Source: an uncultured delta proteobacterium
GTDB lineage: Bacteria > Desulfobacterota > Desulfuromonadia > Geobacterales > DSM-12255
Assembly (NCBI GenBank): GCA_963787125.1
Contig: CAWBBV010000011.1
Location: 1-64,000, forward strand
DNA length: 64,000 bases
Reading direction: 5' to 3'
Every line of letters starts with the position of its first letter. Within the stretch, counting starts at the first letter, position 1. Positions 58,494 through 64,000 of this stretch are shown one piece after another. The translations under genes were made by a program, and so were the position numbers. The notes under the pieces were generated by a model that had not been told where the DNA came from, did not search any database, and saw nothing but the letters and a program-made list of their open reading frames with translations.

Positions 58494-60422
58494 TTACCCT
58501 GCCTTCACCATCAATTCCGAAATCAGCTTGGTAAACTTCAGCGGGTTTTTGATCGGCGACCCTTCGGTCAGCAGTGCCTGATCCAGAAGCAGTTCGCAGT
58601 AATCCGCCAGTTTCGGATCGGCCTTGTCGGCCGCATACATTTTGCCCAGCACCTGCATGATCGGGTGAGCCGGGTTCAGCTCCAGAATCCGCTTTGATTC
58701 CGGCACGGACTGATTCATTGCCTTCATGATCCGTTCCATGTTGGCATTCATGCCGTACTCATCGGCAACCAGGCAGCAGGCGCTCTCGGTGAGACGGCTG
58801 GAGAGACGCACCTCCTTGACGCTGGCGGCAAGGTTTTCCTGGATAAATTCAAGTACCTCTTTGTACTGTTCCTGAGTCTCTTTTTTCTGCTCTTCCTTGG
58901 CTTTTTTCTCGTCTTCGCTGTCGAGTTCCACATCGCCGCGGTCAACCGCTTTGAGCTTTTTGCCGTCGTACTCGCTCAGAGCCTGTACCACCCACTCGTC
59001 CACCGGATCGGTAAGGAAAAGAACTTCATACCCTTTACTGCGGAAACCCTCAAGATGGGGCGAATTCACTACCATTTCACGGCTGGTACCGGTGATGAAG
59101 TAAATCTCTTTCTGCCCTTCCGGCATCCTGGCGACATACTCCTTCAAAGATACCGGCTTGCCCGGCTCACTGGTCGAGCTTTCAAAAAGGACCAGTTCCT
59201 GGAGTTTTTCCTTATTGGCGTAGTCGAAATGGAGCCCCTCTTTCAGCACCGGCCCAAACTCATTCCAGAACTTGAGATACGCCTCAAACTCTTTCTCCTT
59301 GATCTCTGCCAGGGTGGAGAGAGTCTTGTTTACCAGGTTCTTCTGGATTCTTTTGATCTGGACATCTTCCTGCAGAATTTCGCGGGAGACATTCAGCGGC
59401 AGATCGCTGGAATCCACCACCCCTTTGACGAAGCGGAGATAATCCGGCAGCAGCGCTTCACAGTTATCGGTGATGAAAACCCGCTTTACATAAAGATGCA
59501 CACCCTTTTTCCGGTCCTGGGAGAAAAGGTCGAACGGCTTGTGGGCGGGGAGATAGATGATCGCCTTGAACTCGCTGGCACCTTCGGCAGCATAGTGAAT
59601 CTGGCGGAACGGCTTTTCAAAGTCGTGGGAGATATGTTTGTAGAACTCCTCGTACTCTTCGTCCGTAATCTCGCTTTTGGGGCGGGTCCAGATGGCTTTC
59701 ATGGAGTTGAGCGTCTCTTCCGTGGTTTTCTCGATGTCGCCGGCACCTTCGATAACCTTGCCGTCAACCCCTTTGACCGGCTCTGTCCGGGTGATATCCA
59801 TAACGATGGGGTACTGGACATAATCCGAGTATTTCTTGATGATCGAACGGATCTTCCATTCGTCGAGATACTCTTTCATCTCCTCTTTCAGGTGGAGGAC
59901 AATCTCGGTCCCCCGGGTAGCCTTGTCGCACTCTTCAACCGTATAGGTACCGTCGCCGCTGGATTCCCATGAACAGCCGGCAGACGTGTTGCCGGCCTTG
60001 CGGGTGGTCAGGGTGACCCGGTCGGCAATCATGAAGGACGAGTAAAAGCCGACGCCGAACTGACCGATAAGCTCGGGATTGTTGCTCTCTTTCGCTTCTT
60101 TGAGCGCATCCATGAAAGCTTTGGTGCCGGAACGGGCGATGGTGCCGATATTCTCCTCGACATCCCCGATCCCCATGCCGATGCCGTTGTCTGTAATAGT
60201 TAGAGTGCCGGCGGTTTTGTCCGGAACGATCTTTATTTTCCAGTCGCTGTTCCCTTCAAGCAGGGCCTCGTTTGAATGGGCTTCATAGCGAACTTTGTCG
60301 ATTGCGTCAGAGGCGTTGGAGACAAGTTCCCGCAGAAAGATGTCCTTGTTCGAGTAGAGGGAGTGTATGACGAGGTCAAGCAGTTTCTGGACCTCGGTCT
60401 GGAAAGGTTTTGTTGTTTTCAT
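58494..60422 (-). CDS. htpG: Hsp90 chaperone HtpG
   Basis: [41 protein letters not shown]. Confidence 0.98.
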   Translation of the reverse strand: MKTTKPFQTEVQKLLDLVIHSLYSNKDIFLRELVSNASDAIDKVRYEAHSNEALLEGNSDWKIKIVPDKTAGTLTITDNGIGMGIGDVEENIGTIARSGTKAFMDALKEAKESNNPELIGQFGVGFYSSFMIADRVTLTTRKAGNTSAGCSWESSGDGTYTVEECDKATRGTEIVLHLKEEMKEYLDEWKIRSIIKKYSDYVQYPIVMDITRTEPVKGVDGKVIEGAGDIEKTTEETLNSMKAIWTRPKSEITDEEYEEFYKHISHDFEKPFRQIHYAAEGASEFKAIIYLPAHKPFDLFSQDRKKGVHLYVKRVFITDNCEALLPDYLRFVKGVVDSSDLPLNVSREILQEDVQIKRIQKNLVNKTLSTLAEIKEKEFEAYLKFWNEFGPVLKEGLHFDYANKEKLQELVLFESSTSEPGKPVSLKEYVARMPEGQKEIYFITGTSREMVVNSPHLEGFRSKGYEVLFLTDPVDEWVVQALSEYDGKKLKAVDRGDVELDSEDEKKAKEEQKKETQEQYKEVLEFIQENLAASVKEVRLSSRLTESACCLVADEYGMNANMERIMKAMNQSVPESKRILELNPAHPIMQVLGKMYAADKADPKLADYCELLLDQALLTEGSPIKNPLKFTKLISELMVKAG

Positions 60423-60670
60423 GGTACGCCATTCTCCTTTTAAAAATTAGATCTGAACTGCCTGAACCTAATCACTCTTCTCGCTGTTTTCAAGCCTTAA
60501 TGCTGAAAAAATTCGTAAAAAACCGCAAATTAGAGTTTGTTAGAAAAACATTTCATGATAATATTGCCCAGCCCTGATAAGCAGGATAAGTGGATTAAAG
60601 CAGCTGCTTTCTGCCTGACACAGGCCTGAACCAACTGCTAACTTACTAATTTCAGGGGCCAGGGGAGTCG

Positions 60671-62917
60671 ATGAAAAGACAGTTCAACATACGCAGAACC
60701 CTGATTCTCAGCGTCTCGATATTGACATTGCTCCCCATGGTTAGCGCAATGATCATCTCTTTAGTGATGTTTCACCATGAGACAACTGTCCGGATTCGCA
60801 TGGACAATCTCAAGGTGGCTCAGACCGTTGAATCCGCGGTGGAGCTTTTTATCACCAGACCGGTGGTGATGCTGAAACATATCAAGGAGGAGGTGGCTGA
60901 GCATCCCGACAAAGATGTAGCTTATTTGAGATCCGTTGCCAACCGGGTACTTGAGGCTGATCCGCTGTTTGAATCGGTCATGTTTGTTGACCCCCAGGGG
61001 GCTCTGATCGCGATAGCCGGTGATTATGTTGTGCCGGCGAAAAGCCGGGCGCTAAAGCAAAATTTTTCTACTTCAGCATTTTTCAAGCAGCTTAAAAGTA
61101 CCGGCCACACGGCGTGGTCTGAACCTTTTGTTTCTCTTAAAACCGGTGAATCTGTTATTTCCGTAGCCTCGCCCTGGAATGGCGGCATGATAACTGCCAC
61201 CATGAACCTGTCCTATTTCAGCAGACTGGTGGAGCCGACCAAAACATCATTGAACGCTTATGCCTTTATTGTCAGCCCTGCCGGTCGCCTCATCGCCCAT
61301 CCCGACAAGTCACTGCTGGGTGAACAGGAAACGTTCATCTCTTTGCCACAGATCCTCGCCGGCTTTCAGGGGACCAGCGGCACGTACTCTTTCCGGCTGG
61401 CATCCAGGGATGTCATTGGCACTGTCTTGCCGTTCAAGCAGAACGACTGGGTGATAGTCTCGGTTCACGACAAAGAACGGGCCTTCGCCTCTCTTTACCG
61501 GATGGAGTGCCTTTTAGGGCTTTTGACAGTTGTCGTTCTGGCAGGAGCTCTCTTCTACTCTTTCCGGCGGGTCAACTCCATCACTGCGCCAATACTGGCG
61601 CTATCAGATTCCACCCGTAAAATCGCCTCCGGCGAGCAGAGCATAGAATCGCTGAAACCTACCCCCTACAGTGAGATTCACGAACTGTATGAAAGTTTCC
61701 AGACAATGGCAACTGCGGTAGTTGAACGGGAGAGAGATCTCCAGGAGCGCAACGAAGAGCTGGCAATGACCGAGGAGGAGCTGCGGAGCCAGGTTGAAGA
61801 GTATCTGAAAACCTACGATGCCCTGGTTTCGGAAAAGGTAAAACTTGAATCAATTCTCGCCAGCATGGGCGAAGGCCTCAGTATCCAGGACAGAGAATAC
61901 CGGGTCATTCTCCAGAATCTGGCACACCGAAATCTAAGCGGCGATTCGATTGGCAAGAAGTGCTACACAGTTTTCGATCACGACAACGTCATCTGCCCTG
62001 ACTGCCCAATGAAGCTTGCCTTTGAAGATGGCAAAACCCACCAGGCCCTCCGGCAGGTAAAAAAAGAGGGCCGCGAACTCTTTCTCGAAATCACCGCTTC
62101 GCCACTGCGCAACGCAGCAGGGGAGATTACCGGCGGGATAGAACTTGTTCGCGATGTCACCAGCAGGGTTCTGGCTGATCAGGAGATCAGGCGCCTGAAT
62201 CTGGAACTGGAGGAGAGGGTCGTCGAACGGACTGCTGAGCTTGAGATTGCCAATAAGGAGCTGGAATCCTTCAGCTACTCGGTTTCCCACGACCTGCGCG
62301 CACCTATCCGCCATATCAGCAGCTTCACCAGCATCCTTGAAAGCGATTATTCCTCACAGCTTGACAAAGACGGCAAGTACTATCTATCCAGAATAATTGC
62401 CGGTTGCAACAAAATGGGGATGCTGATAGATGACCTGCTTGAACTCTCCCATGTTTCCAGTGGAGAGCTGAAAACCGGCAGGGTCAACCTGTCCAGAATA
62501 GTGCAGAGTATTGCCGCAACCATGATCGAGAGCGAACCGGAACGAAAAGTCAATTTCAATGTCGCAGAAGGGCTTGAGGTCAACGGCGATGGTCGCCTCC
62601 TGGAAGTAATGCTGAACAATCTCTTGAATAATGCCTGGAAGTACTCTTCCCAAAAGGATGAAGCAGTTATCGAATTCGGCTGCGACACTATTGCCGCCAG
62701 ACCCGTCTACTTCATAAAAGACAACGGCGCCGGCTTCGACAAGAATTATGCCGGCAATATGTTTGCGCCGTTTCACCGGTTGCACAGCGTTGAGTTTGAG
62801 GGGACGGGAATAGGTCTCGCCATTGTTCAGAGAATCGTTCATCGCCATGGCGGCAAGATCTGGGCTGACTCGGTGGTGGGTGAAGGGGCAACTTTCTTCT
62901 TCACGCTGAAGAGTTAA
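60671..62917 (+). CDS. Membrane sensor histidine kinase (Cache-like, HAMP, PAS, HK)
   Basis: Two TM segments around a periplasmic Cache-like domain; SVSHDLRAP H-box; GTGIGLA. Confidence 0.92.
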   Translation: MKRQFNIRRTLILSVSILTLLPMVSAMIISLVMFHHETTVRIRMDNLKVAQTVESAVELFITRPVVMLKHIKEEVAEHPDKDVAYLRSVANRVLEADPLFESVMFVDPQGALIAIAGDYVVPAKSRALKQNFSTSAFFKQLKSTGHTAWSEPFVSLKTGESVISVASPWNGGMITATMNLSYFSRLVEPTKTSLNAYAFIVSPAGRLIAHPDKSLLGEQETFISLPQILAGFQGTSGTYSFRLASRDVIGTVLPFKQNDWVIVSVHDKERAFASLYRMECLLGLLTVVVLAGALFYSFRRVNSITAPILALSDSTRKIASGEQSIESLKPTPYSEIHELYESFQTMATAVVERERDLQERNEELAMTEEELRSQVEEYLKTYDALVSEKVKLESILASMGEGLSIQDREYRVILQNLAHRNLSGDSIGKKCYTVFDHDNVICPDCPMKLAFEDGKTHQALRQVKKEGRELFLEITASPLRNAAGEITGGIELVRDVTSRVLADQEIRRLNLELEERVVERTAELEIANKELESFSYSVSHDLRAPIRHISSFTSILESDYSSQLDKDGKYYLSRIIAGCNKMGMLIDDLLELSHVSSGELKTGRVNLSRIVQSIAATMIESEPERKVNFNVAEGLEVNGDGRLLEVMLNNLLNNAWKYSSQKDEAVIEFGCDTIAARPVYFIKDNGAGFDKNYAGNMFAPFHRLHSVEFEGTGIGLAIVQRIVHRHGGKIWADSVVGEGATFFFTLKS

Positions 62918-62981
62918 TGAGATATTGTCACAAACCTCTCCCTGTGCTAGTTTTATCTGAATTTTCTCCCCTGGAGACCCG

Positions 62982-64000
62982 ATGTATTTCCCTGACATAA
63001 AAACATTCACAACTCTGGCCACAAAAGGGAACCTTATTCCCGTCTACCGTGAAATCATGGCCGACATGGACACCCCGGTGACTGCCTTCAAAAAGATCGA
63101 TGATGGCGCCTACTCATTTCTCCTCGAAAGTATCGAAGGTGGCGAAAAGTGGGGCCGGTATACCTTTCTCGGCGCCTCCCCCGCCGTTGTCATTCGCTCC
63201 CGCGGAGAACTTGTCGAAATCCTGAAGAGCGGCGAAGCACCGCTCGCGACCGTCACAAAAGATCCCCTTGGTGCTGTCAGGGATTATCTTGCCCGCTTTC
63301 AGCCGGTTGAGGTTGCAGGGTTGCCACGATTCTTCGGTGGCGCGGTTGGCTATCTCGGCTACGACATGGTGCGCTTCTTCGAGGATCTGGACAGCACTAA
63401 ACCTGCCGAAATAGGTTCATGGGACTCCTGCTTCCTTATTACCGATACGCTGCTCATTTTTGACACTGTTCGCCAGAAGATAATGGTGGTTGCCAACGCC
63501 CATCTGGACGGCTTGTCCCCTGAAGACGCTTATGCACAGGCGCTGGCCAGCATTGACGCACTGATAGCCCGCTTGAAGGGCCCCTTGCCACCGACTCCCC
63601 GGGCAATGCCGGCCAAAAACAGGATATCGCTGCAGTCAAACATGGAGCGGAGCGCTTTTGAGGCTGCGGTCGAAAGAGCCAAAGAGTATGTCAGAAGTGG
63701 CGATATCATTCAGATTGTTCTCTCCCAGCGGTTTTCCGGCGAACTGACAGTCGAACCGCTTGATATCTACCGGGTGCTCCGCACACTCAACCCCTCGCCT
63801 TACATGTTTTTCCTGCGAATGGACGACACTCTTGTGGTAGGAGCTTCACCGGAAGTGATGGTACGCAAAGAGGGTGAGCGCGTTGAACTGCGGCCGATTG
63901 CCGGCACCAGACCGCGTGGGGAGACTCCGGAAGAGGATCTGCACCTGGAAAAGGAGCTTTTGGCAGACCCTAAAGAGCGCGCCGAACATGTCATGCTGGT
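62982..64000 (+). CDS. trpE: Anthranilate synthase component I (5' part, runs off window)
   Basis: Manual translation MYFPDIKTF..DMDTPV..SFLLESIEGGEKWGRY..GDIIQIVLSQR..NPSPYMF..RPIAGTRPRG..ERAEHVML; GGAG RBS. Absent from the ORF track. Confidence 0.93.
   Translation, partial: MYFPDIKTFTTLATKGNLIPVYREIMADMDTPVTAFKKIDDGAYSFLLESIEGGEKWGRYTFLGASPAVVIRSRGELVEILKSGEAPLATVTKDPLGAVRDYLARFQPVEVAGLPRFFGGAVGYLGYDMVRFFEDLDSTKPAEIGSWDSCFLITDTLLIFDTVRQKIMVVANAHLDGLSPEDAYAQALASIDALIARLKGPLPPTPRAMPAKNRISLQSNMERSAFEAAVERAKEYVRSGDIIQIVLSQRFSGELTVEPLDIYRVLRTLNPSPYMFFLRMDDTLVVGASPEVMVRKEGERVELRPIAGTRPRGETPEEDLHLEKELLADPKERAEHVML

Noticed and set aside
60460..60494. Heat-shock promoter or CIRCE element upstream of htpG
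   Set aside because: A CTTGAAA -35-like motif is present on the minus strand, but no convincing -10 element or CIRCE palindrome.

Overview
This 64-kb window looks like a Geobacteraceae/Desulfuromonadia-type genome, judging from a triheme c7 cytochrome, a GEMM-Ib riboswitch and the pilD-valS-argJ-secA order. Positions 1-28.7 kb (minus strand) hold a type IVa pilus locus: pilD, a HAMP kinase with a sigma-54 activator, pilL-pilY1-fimU-pilV-pilW-pilX, a c-AMP-GMP-type riboswitch, an XRE regulator and pilMNOPQ. Three lipoprotein genes follow pilQ. The last is missing from the ORF track: a giant lipoprotein (>=2444 aa, running off the window edge) with a propeller-like head and a stalk encoded by about 7.6 apparently identical 642-bp repeats, each giving two choice-of-anchor-D/ASH-like Ig domains, just after a G10 tract. 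PilQ (about 120-aa Pro/Thr tandem-repeat linker) and PilY1 (four extra N-terminal Ig-like domains) are also lengthened, suggesting a length-tunable, T4P-associated surface system. This is the best candidate for something undescribed. The middle (28.7-46 kb) is mostly housekeeping: valS, a RomR-like regulator, an AmmeMemoRadiSam B-A fusion, yciH, a serine hydrolase, DUF4160/DUF2442, argJ, an orphan pilin, secA, a c7 cytochrome, ptsP and a TPR protein. The right part (46-64 kb) is a dense two-component cluster with nudC, a CheB-CheR fusion, htpG, a sensor kinase and the 5' part of trpE. All calls come from reading the sequence and recognising families; no searches were run.
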